Source of the DNA: Sulfurospirillum sp.
GTDB taxonomy: Bacteria > Campylobacterota > Campylobacteria > Campylobacterales > Sulfurospirillaceae
Direction of reading: 5' to 3'
NCBI GenBank assembly: GCA_045047115.1
Contig: JASFYR010000012.1
Coordinates: 1 to 64,000 of the forward strand
DNA: 64,000 bases
In this document: one piece after another, positions 42,211 to 52,407 of the stretch
Numbering within the stretch: the first letter of the stretch is position 1
Layout: every line of letters starts with the position of its first letter
Notes under the pieces: generated by a model
Told to the model about the DNA's origin: nothing
What the model saw: the letters and a program-made list of their open reading frames with translations, nothing else
Database searches by the model: none
Made by a program: the position numbers and the translations under genes

Positions 42211-43637
42211 AAGCTGACTATTATTTTAGTGCCAATATCTGGTTTGCTGATGACTTTTATCTTGCTTTTGTGTATCTCTATTATCTTTTTTACCATTGGC
42301 AGACCGAGCCCATAGCCTTTGATGTGACCTTTTTCAGGAGAGTTTACTCTGTAAAATTCATCAAATATCATGGACTGCTTTTCTTTTGGTATTCCTATGC
42401 CTTCATCGCTTATGATAAAAGTCTGTTTTATCAGAGATAAGGTTATCTTTTTGTTTCTTGGAGTAAACTTGATAGCATTGTCTATTAGGTTTGAAAAGAG
42501 AATTTTGAGCAGAGTTGGTTCAGCCTTGATCTCGGAACAATCTAGTCTGTTTATATCCAACAAAATCCCCTTGTCTTTTGCTATCACGTTATACTCTTCA
42601 AAAGTATCCAGTAAAACTGTATCAAGATTTACAGTTGTAAAAGTATCTCTTATGCTCATATTTTGTATCCTTGTGAGCAAAAGAAGATTCCCAACCATAT
42701 CTTGTAGATAGACTATTTCATTGTCTATGGATTTTAGAGTTTGTCTATACTCTTTTATGTTTTTATTTTTTTTCAAGGCTACATGTATCTGAAGTCTTAG
42801 AGCGGTTAGTGGTGTTTTGATTTGATGAGATGCATTTGAACTGAACTTTTTAATGTTTTCATATGATTCGTTTAATCTGGCTACGAGTTCGTATTTGAAG
42901 ATACTCAAAGCCCTTATGGACGCAGCAGCTATTACTAAAGCACAGAGACCACGAAGTGTTTGTACGGGAAAATGAAGAAACTCCATAAAAGTTTGTGTGT
43001 TTATATAATTTCCCGGAAAGTAAGAAATTTTATCGACTACTATTCCGGAGAAAAAAGAGTAGAATACAAAAGTGATACCGGAAATCTTAAAATACAATTT
43101 AAGCCTATTGATATTTTGACTTTTTTTAAGTGAATCTCCATAGTGGTAGAGCCCAAGCCCCAGTATAAAAGCACCCCAAAAACCATATGTATACCTTATG
43201 GCAGCATTTATGCCACTGATTGTAGGATGCAAAAAAACCAAAAAAGCCAAACCCAGTGTTGCAAAAGAGTAGATAGCAGGAGGATAATAAAACTTATATA
43301 TCAAGTGCTCTTTTATTTTTTTATTGGATTTTAAAAAGCTCTTTCTTATCACAAAACGGGAAAATTCAAAAAGATAGATATATGAGACGAGAAGCAAAAA
43401 AGACTGTATATAATCAAGATTTGTAAATTTTACTTTGGGATGGATATACTCAAAAAGGCTTATCCAGTCTTCAAAAGCATGAGATATGGCAAAGACCCCA
43501 AGAAGCCAAATTTTACTGGCAAAGAAATACTCACTCTCTTTTGGCTTGGAAAAAAGAACAGATACGCCTAAAACAAAAAAAGAGAGACCATAGACAAACA
43601 ACAACAGTTCCATACTCTCATTTTCTATGGCAAACAT
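42207..43637 (-). CDS. sensor histidine kinase with multi-TM N-terminal domain
   Basis: About 7 TM segments; ASHQIKTPL; NLIDNAIKF; DEGIGI; GYGLGL. Confidence 0.92.
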   Translation of the reverse strand: MFAIENESMELLLFVYGLSFFVLGVSVLFSKPKESEYFFASKIWLLGVFAISHAFEDWISLFEYIHPKVKFTNLDYIQSFLLLVSYIYLFEFSRFVIRKSFLKSNKKIKEHLIYKFYYPPAIYSFATLGLAFLVFLHPTISGINAAIRYTYGFWGAFILGLGLYHYGDSLKKSQNINRLKLYFKISGITFVFYSFFSGIVVDKISYFPGNYINTQTFMEFLHFPVQTLRGLCALVIAAASIRALSIFKYELVARLNESYENIKKFSSNASHQIKTPLTALRLQIHVALKKNKNIKEYRQTLKSIDNEIVYLQDMVGNLLLLTRIQNMSIRDTFTTVNLDTVLLDTFEEYNVIAKDKGILLDINRLDCSEIKAEPTLLKILFSNLIDNAIKFTPRNKKITLSLIKQTFIISDEGIGIPKEKQSMIFDEFYRVNSPEKGHIKGYGLGLPMVKKIIEIHKSKIKVISKPDIGTKIIVSF

Positions 43638-44120
43638 CTATATCCTTTGCAACCTTCTAAAAGTATTTAGTTTTTTATTTTTCTCTTTTTTGCTATTATA
43701 GTATCTCAGCTCATTTTTGAAGTACTCTACGATTCTTAGCTGCAAAAGGTATGTCTCTTCGTTGGTGTGATTCTTTTGGACGAGAAATTTTTTGAGATGC
43801 CTGATGTTTATTTTTGTTATATATCTGGGATTTTTACGAATCTCTCTATCTATATCTTTGATAAGAGAGTCTATATTTAGACTTTTGATGTTTATAATTT
43901 TTTTGACATACTCTTTTGTTGTTTGCACCAGTACATTTATTCTGTATGGGTCTTTATATATCTCTTTTGCCACTTCCCCCAGTATTTCGTACTCCACCGA
44001 ATCCTCTTTTTTGTTTGATGCAATCATAGAGGCAAATACTTTTGCCCGAAATTCGAGAGATTTATGGTGGTATATAAAAAACTCTCTAAATAGTGATAAA
44101 AATTTGCTTGTAAAATTCAA
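43638..44120 (-). CDS. conserved hypothetical protein
   Basis: 160-aa ORF abutting the kinase gene; FREFFIYHHKSLEFRAK. Confidence 0.7.
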   Translation of the reverse strand: MNFTSKFLSLFREFFIYHHKSLEFRAKVFASMIASNKKEDSVEYEILGEVAKEIYKDPYRINVLVQTTKEYVKKIINIKSLNIDSLIKDIDREIRKNPRYITKINIRHLKKFLVQKNHTNEETYLLQLRIVEYFKNELRYYNSKKEKNKKLNTFRRLQRI

Positions 44121-44133
44121 AAATTCACTATAC

Positions 44134-44802
44134 CTACAGGCTGTTTAGAACTTGTTTGAATTTTATCGACTCAGGTTTGTCTTTGACTTTGTCATGTACC
44201 AAGATATCATTTACATATATAAGCTTATCATAATAGTCAAAATCATCATTATCATTTACATCGAGGCTGGCGCCACTGATGGATATGCCTACAAATGCGC
44301 CACTACTTTTACCGTAGGTTACAGAATTTGCAGCAAGTTTTTCATCTGTTTTGACTCCGCTTTGCACGCCCTTTGCAACAGCAACAACACCTGCATCTAT
44401 GCCTATTGTGATTTTACCACTGGCCAAATCATCCAGGCTTCTGTCTGTTTTAAAGATGACAATTAAATCTGTAGCTTTAAATCCAAATTGCATTCCAATA
44501 CTAACTCCTTTAATGCTGACAAATATAGGTTCACTCCACTTACCCTCTTCATTTTTTATGCTCATTACACCTTTGCCGACTCTACCGCCGATAAAGAATG
44601 CTGCTTTCATGATATTTGGAAAAACAGCTATAGCTTTCGCATTATGGAGTATCTTTTTTGTTATGCCGGTTTTTGGCAGCATCATCGCATCTTTTAAAAT
44701 TTTAGCAGAAGTCAAAACTCTTCTCTCTTGATTGTAGCCGGCATTTAAAACAGATGCTAAAAACAGACTGGTCAACAATACTACTATAGATAATCTTTTC
44801 AT
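44134..44802 (-). CDS. lipid-binding SYLF/Ysc84 domain protein
   Basis: Signal peptide; KAAFFIGG..GKG; WSEPIF; G.FVGISISGA. Confidence 0.88.
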   Translation of the reverse strand: MKRLSIVVLLTSLFLASVLNAGYNQERRVLTSAKILKDAMMLPKTGITKKILHNAKAIAVFPNIMKAAFFIGGRVGKGVMSIKNEEGKWSEPIFVSIKGVSIGMQFGFKATDLIVIFKTDRSLDDLASGKITIGIDAGVVAVAKGVQSGVKTDEKLAANSVTYGKSSGAFVGISISGASLDVNDNDDFDYYDKLIYVNDILVHDKVKDKPESIKFKQVLNSL

Positions 44803-44920
44803 TTTCTTCTCCTAAATAGAATTTTCTTAAAGTATTATATCTATTTTTTAAGAAATTTTATAATTAAGCTTCAAATCGATATAATTGACGATAAAAATTT
44901 CTATATATATCGGAGATATT

Positions 44921-46432
44921 ATGGATGAAAAAAATAACTACAAAAAACTGGCATCATTGGCAAAAGAGTTTACTCTTTTGTATGTGGAAGACAACACGGG
45001 ACTTCAAAAACAAGCCGGCAAGATATTTCATAAATTCTTTGGTAAAGTTATTGTTGCCAAAGACGGCTTGGAAGGTTTGGCATTTTTTAGAGAGCACTGT
45101 CCGGATATCGTTGTAACGGATATAAAAATGCCGAAGATGGACGGTCTTGAAATGTCAAAAAAGATCAAAGAGTTGGATATAGATGCCAAGATTATCATCA
45201 CCTCTGCATTTGATGAAAAAGACAATCTACTGCAATCCATAGATATAGGTATAGCAAAGTATCTCAAAAAGCCAATTCCCGTAGAGGCTCTTATAGAGGC
45301 TCTTATAGAGATAATCGAGCAGATAAAAAATAAAAAAGATAAAAATCTTTTTGAAAATTATACACAAGATATATTTCACAATCAAGACAATCTTCTCATA
45401 CTTATAAAAAATGATAAAGTTCTTATTGCAAACAACAAATGTCTTGATTTTTTTGCCCAGGAAAACAGTAAAAGTTTTAAAAAGTTTTTCAAAAAGTTTT
45501 CAAAGCTTCTCTTGCCTCATGAAAATTTTTTGTATGACAAAGATGGAATAAATTGGCTGGATGTAGTGAAAGAACATCTTGGAAAACTTTTTAGTGTTAA
45601 GATAAAAGACAAAGATGGCAAAAATAGACATTTTGTGCTCAAAGCCACCAAGATACCCCAAAAAGAGGACTATTTTATCCTCTCATTTGATGATATAACC
45701 GAGTTAAATCTCCTAAAAGAGTATGATCCAGGTCTCTCAAAAGAAGAGCGTATCAGCGAAGAGAAGATAAGGATGATAAATCTACTGCATGTTCTAAAAA
45801 GAAACAAATCCCAAATCAGACTCTACAACTCCTATAAAGGTCTCTCTATCACCAATACAGGAACCATAGAAGAGGTTATGCAAGACCATATAAATGTAAA
45901 GACAACTTATCTGCAACAAAGAGCTATACATATAGAGAAAAAAACAACCATAGAGTCAGAGTTGTTTTCTCAAGCATTAAATTGTGAATTGGACAGTGTC
46001 AATTTTGAGACACAGATAGTAGTTTTGAAAAATTTTGTTTTCAATGATCATCTGCCTTCAGAGCAAAAACATACAAGAGTAATGCCAGAAGAGAGTAGCA
46101 AGATAGAGCTTCTTTTCAATGCAAAAAAACTCTCTTCGGAGATAAATATCTTAGATATAAGTGTAGATGGATGTAATTTGACATGTAAAGCTATACCGGC
46201 TGGATTTAAAGAGGGTAGCAAAATAGTACTCAAGATGGTATTGGGCGCAGAAAAAAAGGCTATAAATCTAAGAATCAATGCAAAAATCCTAAAGTTGCAA
46301 GAGAGAAAAGATGAGTTTGGTGTGGTTGTTGTTTTTGAGCTTGAGGCAGAGCTAAGAAAACTGTTGATTGACTATATAGCCAAAAGGCAGATGGCACTAA
46401 TCAGAGAGTTTAAAGGATTGCAGAATGAATAA
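44921..46432 (+). CDS. response regulator with C-terminal PilZ-like domain
   Basis: LLYVED, TDIKMP, YLKKP; C-terminal QKHTR...DISVDG...YIAKRQ. Confidence 0.85.
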   Translation: MDEKNNYKKLASLAKEFTLLYVEDNTGLQKQAGKIFHKFFGKVIVAKDGLEGLAFFREHCPDIVVTDIKMPKMDGLEMSKKIKELDIDAKIIITSAFDEKDNLLQSIDIGIAKYLKKPIPVEALIEALIEIIEQIKNKKDKNLFENYTQDIFHNQDNLLILIKNDKVLIANNKCLDFFAQENSKSFKKFFKKFSKLLLPHENFLYDKDGINWLDVVKEHLGKLFSVKIKDKDGKNRHFVLKATKIPQKEDYFILSFDDITELNLLKEYDPGLSKEERISEEKIRMINLLHVLKRNKSQIRLYNSYKGLSITNTGTIEEVMQDHINVKTTYLQQRAIHIEKKTTIESELFSQALNCELDSVNFETQIVVLKNFVFNDHLPSEQKHTRVMPEESSKIELLFNAKKLSSEINILDISVDGCNLTCKAIPAGFKEGSKIVLKMVLGAEKKAINLRINAKILKLQERKDEFGVVVVFELEAELRKLLIDYIAKRQMALIREFKGLQNE

Positions 46433-47180
46433 CGAAAGAGTGATATACGACGATGGAGAGCATAAGTGCGTGATTTTTAGTTATGACAATGAAGAGGTAG
46501 AAGACAGCTTTTTGGCCGTAAATCAGTATCTTATAGTGCAAAATAGATCAGCGATACTGATAGACCCCGGAAGCATGTCTGTATATGATGAGGTGTATGA
46601 CGGTGTTTCAAAGTATGTTGATATAGATGATTTAAAGTATATTTTTTACTCTCACCAAGATCCGGATGTTGCCGGTTCTATCGGGCGTTGGTCTGTGAGT
46701 TGTGGTGCAAAACAGGTGGTTTCAAAACTGTGGGTCAGGTTTATGAGTCACTATGGTCTTATGAATTTTAATAAGTTGTTGACTCTTGAAGATAAGGGAG
46801 CAAAGATACATTTTGGCAAGGACTATTTGCAGTTCATCCCTGCACATTTTTTGCATAGTCCGGGAAATTTTTCACTGTATGACAGCCACTCAAAGATACT
46901 TTTCAGCGGAGACATAGGTGCTAGCATTACTGAAAGGTATGGTGCAAATATGCTAGAGGCTGATTTTGACGAGATAAAAGAGAACATGGAGGCTTTTCAC
47001 AAAAGATATATGGCCGGCAATACATTTTGTCGCTCTTGGGTTCAAAAAGTAAAAAAACTGGATGTGCAGACTATGGCACCTCAACACGGCTCTTTGCTTA
47101 GTGGTGATGAGTATCTGAAATTTCTCTCTTGGTTTGAAAATTTAGAGTGTGGAGGGGACTTGGTGGAGCAGATATACTGA
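46425..47180 (+). CDS. oxygen-binding di-iron protein (ODP, metallo-beta-lactamase fold)
   Basis: NQYLI; IDPG; SHQDPD; AHFLHSPGN; FSGDIG; APQHG; no flavodoxin domain. Confidence 0.85.
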   Translation: MNNERVIYDDGEHKCVIFSYDNEEVEDSFLAVNQYLIVQNRSAILIDPGSMSVYDEVYDGVSKYVDIDDLKYIFYSHQDPDVAGSIGRWSVSCGAKQVVSKLWVRFMSHYGLMNFNKLLTLEDKGAKIHFGKDYLQFIPAHFLHSPGNFSLYDSHSKILFSGDIGASITERYGANMLEADFDEIKENMEAFHKRYMAGNTFCRSWVQKVKKLDVQTMAPQHGSLLSGDEYLKFLSWFENLECGGDLVEQIY

Positions 47181-48040
47181 TGAAAAAATCAAAGATATAT
47201 CATCTTTTAGTTCTGTTTTTATCACTGTTTTTGTTATCTGGATGTAGTCATAAAACACAAAAACCCATGATTTTAGCAGCAAATTTATGGATTGGCTATG
47301 CACCACTGTATTATGCCTATGAAAAAGGGTGGCTTAGAGAAAATAACATAAAGTTTGTTGCAACAATTTCACTCTCTCAGAGTCTAAAATACTTTAAAAA
47401 AGGCTCTATTGATATTTGTGCCGGTACGAACTATGAGTTCATGAAAGCAAAAGAGGTTTTTAGTGATGTAGAGGCAGTCAAGTTACTCGATATATCTAAA
47501 GGCGGGGATTTGATACTTGGCAATGCAGATATAAAAAAACTAAAACAGAGCCCTAAAATAGATGCTTATTTGGAAGGAAACGGTATCAGCACACTACTTT
47601 TGGAAAAATTTATAGCAAAATACAGACTTAATAAAAATAAGATAAAATTTATAAATCAAAGATTGGATGTAACTGCCAATATGAATATGAGACAGATACC
47701 TACTTTAGCAGCACTCTATAAGCCTTATGATGCAAATTTAAGAAAAAAAGGATACAAGGGTCATAGCAAAACGGCTAAGAGTTTGAAATTTCTCGTCTAT
47801 GATGTACTCTTTATCTCCAAAAAAAGAGCATCAAACTATAAAAAAGATATCCGTATGCTAGATATTTTGTTTCAAAAAGCACTACATGCACTAAAAAACA
47901 ACCCCAAAGAGTTCTATATGACTATAAACCCATATTTTCATTACCAAAACTATGGTAAGTTTAAAAAGGATTTGACATCTATATCTTTTAAAAGCAGCAA
48001 AAAATTGGAAGATTTGGTTTTGGCAGGAAATCAAAAATGA
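47180..48040 (+). CDS. NMT1/SsuA-like substrate-binding lipoprotein
   Basis: Lipobox LSGC; WIGYAPLYYAYEKG; DISKGGD. Confidence 0.8.
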   Translation: MKKSKIYHLLVLFLSLFLLSGCSHKTQKPMILAANLWIGYAPLYYAYEKGWLRENNIKFVATISLSQSLKYFKKGSIDICAGTNYEFMKAKEVFSDVEAVKLLDISKGGDLILGNADIKKLKQSPKIDAYLEGNGISTLLLEKFIAKYRLNKNKIKFINQRLDVTANMNMRQIPTLAALYKPYDANLRKKGYKGHSKTAKSLKFLVYDVLFISKKRASNYKKDIRMLDILFQKALHALKNNPKEFYMTINPYFHYQNYGKFKKDLTSISFKSSKKLEDLVLAGNQK

Positions 48041-50058
48041 AATTAAGACACAAAGTAACTCTCATCGTATCTATTATCTCAATTTTATCTATAGTGTTTA
48101 TGATAGCTCTGTACTCTATGTTTTTATTTCAAGAAAAGATAAAAGAGACAAAAAGCAGACTTGTGCAAAACAGTAAGGATTTGACATTTAATATACAGAG
48201 CAATCTGCTTGGAGCTTTGGATGTTGTCAAAACACTTCAAAGTGCCTATGTGGTAAAAAATTATCTGCTTCAAAGTGATAAGAACTATTCAAATATGGAT
48301 GACAAGAGAAGAGAAGAAAAGATAAAAAGACTAAACAGAAGATGGATGAATGCCATAGATAAAAATGACCCATTTGTGCAAAAGTACATAAACAACAAAC
48401 TCTCTTCTTATCTAAGAGTCCAAAAAGAGGTACTTCCCGGTGTCTATGGAGAGATATTTGTAACCAATAAATATGGTGCTATGATAGCTACGACCGATAA
48501 ACTCACTACTTTGGCACATGCTCAAAAATACTGGTGGAAAGAGTGCTATGACTATGGAGCCGGAAAAGTATTTTTTGATGACAGAGGTTTTGATGAGAGT
48601 GTGGGAGGGTATGTACTAGGCATCGTGGTCCCCATCAAAAAAGATGGAGAGATTATAGGCATCTTAAAAGCAAATATAAATGTGCAGGCTCTTTTAGAGG
48701 GTGTGGTAAAAAAATACAATCAACAAAAAGAGAGTGTTGCAAAAGTTGTCAGATCAAAAGGCCTGGTTGTGTATGAAGAAAACCTGCCACCACTTAGTAC
48801 CAGGATTTCACCGGATATTGTCAAATTGATAAAAAAACAAAAAGAAGGTATCGCCACTCTTAAAGTTTATGATAGTGTTAAATTAGTATCCTACTCTCCG
48901 CTAAGGGTATCATTGGATAATGAAAATATAACTTTTGGAGGTAAAAAAAGAAGTGTAGATCATCTCTTGGGCAATGATGGCGAGATATGGTATATGGTTA
49001 TAAGTAAAAGTATAAATTCCATATATTCAGAAGTGGGTAGTGCTGCACATGAGATAATATATCTCAGTCTCTTGTTTATTGTTTTTCTGTCTTTATTGAT
49101 CTTTTTTGTGATTCACAGGATGAGCGTTCCCATACATAAGCTTTCCATCGCTGTAAATCAGATCACCAAAGGCAACAGAGATGTGGATATAGATGTTAAA
49201 AGCAATGATGAGGTAGGTGAGTTGGCGCAATCATTTAAAAAAATGTTGGAAAATTTAGATAAAACCACAGCTTCAAGAGATGAACTAAAAGCTGAAATAC
49301 AAAAGAGAATAGAGATACAAAAAGAGCTCAAAAGAAAAGATGAGATTCTCGTAGCCCAATCAAAACAGGCAGCCATGGGAGAGATGATAGGCATGATAGC
49401 CCATCAGTGGAGACAACCTATCAGTGTTATCTCAATGAGTGTAAATAACATCTTGATAGATATGGAGTTAGACGAGTTGAAAGAGGAAAATGTAAGAGAG
49501 TGCTCAAGCGAAATACTCAATGAAACAAAACACCTATCTCAGACCATAGATGATTTTAGAAACTTTTTCAAGCCAAATAAAAAAAAAGAGACGGTTTTGG
49601 TGCAAGAACTCTATGATGATGTCTATAAGTTGGTTTGGAAATTTTTTGAAAACAATGGTATAGAGTTGATTTTTTCAGGAGATAGAGATATAAAAATATA
49701 TACATTTGGCAGAGAGCTTTTGCAGGTATTTATAAATATCCTAAACAACGCAAAAGATGCATTTGCAGGATCTTCTGTAGAAAATAAAAAGGTACTTGTC
49801 TCTGCATGTAGGAAAAAAGATGATGTTCTTTTTGAGTTTTGTGATAATGCAGGAGGAGTTAAAGAGGAGATTATGGGAAGAATCTTTGAGCCGTATTTTA
49901 GTACCAAAGATGAAAAAAATGGTACAGGACTGGGTCTGTATATGAGTAAGACGATAATAGAAAAACATCTCTTAGGCAGAATTTGGGTGGAAAACAGAGA
50001 TAAAGGAGCCTGCTTTATGATAGAGTTACCGACTAATTTAGGGGAAAACAGTGAGTAA
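48037..50058 (+). CDS. Cache/HAMP sensor histidine kinase
   Basis: 2 TM segments; HAMP (DEVGELAQSF); MGEMIGMIAHQWRQP; DNAGG; GTGLGL. Confidence 0.92.
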   Translation: MKLRHKVTLIVSIISILSIVFMIALYSMFLFQEKIKETKSRLVQNSKDLTFNIQSNLLGALDVVKTLQSAYVVKNYLLQSDKNYSNMDDKRREEKIKRLNRRWMNAIDKNDPFVQKYINNKLSSYLRVQKEVLPGVYGEIFVTNKYGAMIATTDKLTTLAHAQKYWWKECYDYGAGKVFFDDRGFDESVGGYVLGIVVPIKKDGEIIGILKANINVQALLEGVVKKYNQQKESVAKVVRSKGLVVYEENLPPLSTRISPDIVKLIKKQKEGIATLKVYDSVKLVSYSPLRVSLDNENITFGGKKRSVDHLLGNDGEIWYMVISKSINSIYSEVGSAAHEIIYLSLLFIVFLSLLIFFVIHRMSVPIHKLSIAVNQITKGNRDVDIDVKSNDEVGELAQSFKKMLENLDKTTASRDELKAEIQKRIEIQKELKRKDEILVAQSKQAAMGEMIGMIAHQWRQPISVISMSVNNILIDMELDELKEENVRECSSEILNETKHLSQTIDDFRNFFKPNKKKETVLVQELYDDVYKLVWKFFENNGIELIFSGDRDIKIYTFGRELLQVFINILNNAKDAFAGSSVENKKVLVSACRKKDDVLFEFCDNAGGVKEEIMGRIFEPYFSTKDEKNGTGLGLYMSKTIIEKHLLGRIWVENRDKGACFMIELPTNLGENSE

Positions 50059-51538
50059 TCTAGAAGAGTTAAAACAGATATGTAAAGACTTTTCAGTTTT
50101 GTATGTAGAAGACGAAGAGAGGCTGAGAATTAGAGTATGTGCATACCTGTCAAAATTTTTTAAGTTGGTTGATGTGGCAGAAGACGGCAAAGAGGGTATG
50201 GATAGATATAAAAATGGACTCTATGATATAGTCATAACCGATATATCAATGCCAAAAATGGATGGCCTGGATATGTCTTGTGAGATAAAAAAGATAAACA
50301 AAAATCAAAAAATCATAATAGTCTCTGCGTATTCAGACAGTGAAAATTTTCTAAAATCCATAAAAATTGGTATAGACGGATATATACTAAAGCCTTTTGA
50401 CTATATTCAGATAAATGAAGTTCTATATAAAGTTGTAAAAACCATCAAAGAGTCAAAAGAGAATGAAATGTTCAAAAACAGACTTTTAGAGATGGTTCAT
50501 GCCAAGATTAAAGAAAACAGAGAGTTGGAAAAGGCAAAAGAGAATAACTATAGAGATACACTATATACACTTGTGGATTTGATTGAACAAAGAGACACAT
50601 ACACAGGAGGTCACTCCCAAAGAGTCGCAAAGTATTGTAAAATGATAGCCAAACAGTTAAGATTGGGCAAAAAAGATATCGACGATCTATATGAAGCAGG
50701 TATTTTACATGATATAGGAAAGGTAGCTATACCCGACAGTGTGCTCTTAAAACCGGGAAAACTAAACGACATAGAGTACACTCTGATAAAAAAACATGTA
50801 GAGATAGGGTACAATGTTTTAGTAAGATCACCGATGTTTAAGGATATAGCAAAGATCATCAAAGAGCACCATGAAAGGATAGACGGAAGTGGTTATCCAA
50901 ATGGTTTGCGAGGGAATGAGCTTAGTTTGCACGGTAAGATTATGACAGTTGCAGATTCGTTTGATGCGATGACAACAAACAGAATCTACCAAGCCAAAAA
51001 AGAGCCTTCCGAGGCGCTAGAAGAGATAAAATCTTTAAGCGGTATCAAGTTTGATATCAAGGTCGTAGATGCAACGCTTGTTGCACTTAAAGATGTGAGT
51101 ATCGAACAAAATATAAGCCAATTGCCTACTGATGAGATGGAAAAAGAGAGATTTTCATACTTTTACAAAGATCAATTGACACAGGCATACAATAAAAACT
51201 ATCTGGATTTGGTTTTAAATCAAAAAAGCTTTATGGAGGTATTTAAGGTATTAAATATCCTGTTTTTGAAGAACTTTAGCGCTTACAATAAAAAATATGG
51301 CTGGATAAAGGGAGATATTTTTCTTAAAAGTATAGCCGAGATTTTAATCAAAAATTATCCGGAATCATTGGTTTTCAGGTTTCAAGGAGATGACTTTATA
51401 GTGCTGAACTCTAAAGGAATTGATTTTCAAGATGCGTACAAGCAGTGTAAGGAAAATATGATAAAATGTTCACACATGCAAATCGATCTTCAAGCGGAAA
51501 ATATTACTTCGGTAAAATCTTTAGGAGAATTTATATGA
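50051..51538 (+). CDS. REC-HD-GYP phosphodiesterase with degenerate C-terminal GGDEF
   Basis: TDISMP; HSQRV; LHDIGK; HHERIDGSGYP; FRFQGDDF. Confidence 0.9.
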   Translation: MSNLEELKQICKDFSVLYVEDEERLRIRVCAYLSKFFKLVDVAEDGKEGMDRYKNGLYDIVITDISMPKMDGLDMSCEIKKINKNQKIIIVSAYSDSENFLKSIKIGIDGYILKPFDYIQINEVLYKVVKTIKESKENEMFKNRLLEMVHAKIKENRELEKAKENNYRDTLYTLVDLIEQRDTYTGGHSQRVAKYCKMIAKQLRLGKKDIDDLYEAGILHDIGKVAIPDSVLLKPGKLNDIEYTLIKKHVEIGYNVLVRSPMFKDIAKIIKEHHERIDGSGYPNGLRGNELSLHGKIMTVADSFDAMTTNRIYQAKKEPSEALEEIKSLSGIKFDIKVVDATLVALKDVSIEQNISQLPTDEMEKERFSYFYKDQLTQAYNKNYLDLVLNQKSFMEVFKVLNILFLKNFSAYNKKYGWIKGDIFLKSIAEILIKNYPESLVFRFQGDDFIVLNSKGIDFQDAYKQCKENMIKCSHMQIDLQAENITSVKSLGEFI

Positions 51539-52404
51539 TAAAAACAGTATTTTTAAATGGTGAGTATATGTCAGAGGATAAGGCAAAAGTCTCTATATTT
51601 GACAGAGGTTTTATCTTTGGTGACGGTGTTTATGAGGTAGTGCCGGTTGTAGAGAGTATAGTGCTTGATAAAGAGCCATTTCTACAGAGGTTTGAACGAA
51701 GTCTAGGTGAGATGGAGCTTGAGTGGCCGATGAGTAAAGAGGAGTTTTTGGTGATGATCGATGAGATTATCAAAAGAAATGAGATCAAAGAGGGAGGAGT
51801 CTATATGCAAGTTACCCGTGGTGTTGCTCCTCGTGATTTTGCCTATCCAAAAGATATAACTCCTACTGTGATGGCTTTTGGGTTTAAAAAAGAGATACTT
51901 AACTCACCGCTTGCAAAAAGCGGCATCAAAGTAGTTACGGTTGATGATATAAGGTGGAAAAGAAGAGATATCAAATCTATAGCACTTCTTGGTCAATGCA
52001 TGGCAAAAGAGCAGGCAGCAAAAAAAGGTGCATATGAGGGATGGATGGTAGAAGACGGCTTTGTGACAGAGGGCACCTCATCGACCGCTTATATAGTAAA
52101 AGATGGCAAAATTATCACAAGGCCACTCTCAAACTCTATACTCTCAGGTATAAGAAGAAAACTATTGATAGAGATTGCCAAAGAGCACGGAGTCGAGCTT
52201 GAGCAGAGATTTTTTAGTGTTACAGAGGCACTGGAAGCTGATGAGGCATTTCTCTCAAGTGCTACGACATTTGTCTTGCCTATCATTGAGATAGACGGCA
52301 AACAGATAGGCGACGGCAAACCAGGACCGATAACCAAAAAGATGAGACAGATGTATATAGACTCTGCTCTAAAAATAGCTGGAATTACTGTAGGGCATCT
52401 CTAA
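51535..52404 (+). CDS. dat: D-amino acid transaminase (class IV aminotransferase)
   Basis: DRGFIFGDGVYEV; RWKRRDIKS; TEGTSS; ILSGIRR; ADEAF. Confidence 0.88.
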   Translation: MIKTVFLNGEYMSEDKAKVSIFDRGFIFGDGVYEVVPVVESIVLDKEPFLQRFERSLGEMELEWPMSKEEFLVMIDEIIKRNEIKEGGVYMQVTRGVAPRDFAYPKDITPTVMAFGFKKEILNSPLAKSGIKVVTVDDIRWKRRDIKSIALLGQCMAKEQAAKKGAYEGWMVEDGFVTEGTSSTAYIVKDGKIITRPLSNSILSGIRRKLLIEIAKEHGVELEQRFFSVTEALEADEAFLSSATTFVLPIIEIDGKQIGDGKPGPITKKMRQMYIDSALKIAGITVGHL

Positions 52405-52407
52405 AAA

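Noticed and set aside
45282..45310. 12-nt tandem repeat TAGAGGCTCTTA x2.4 (EALIEALIE)
   Set aside because: In-frame, short, and compatible with helical periodicity.
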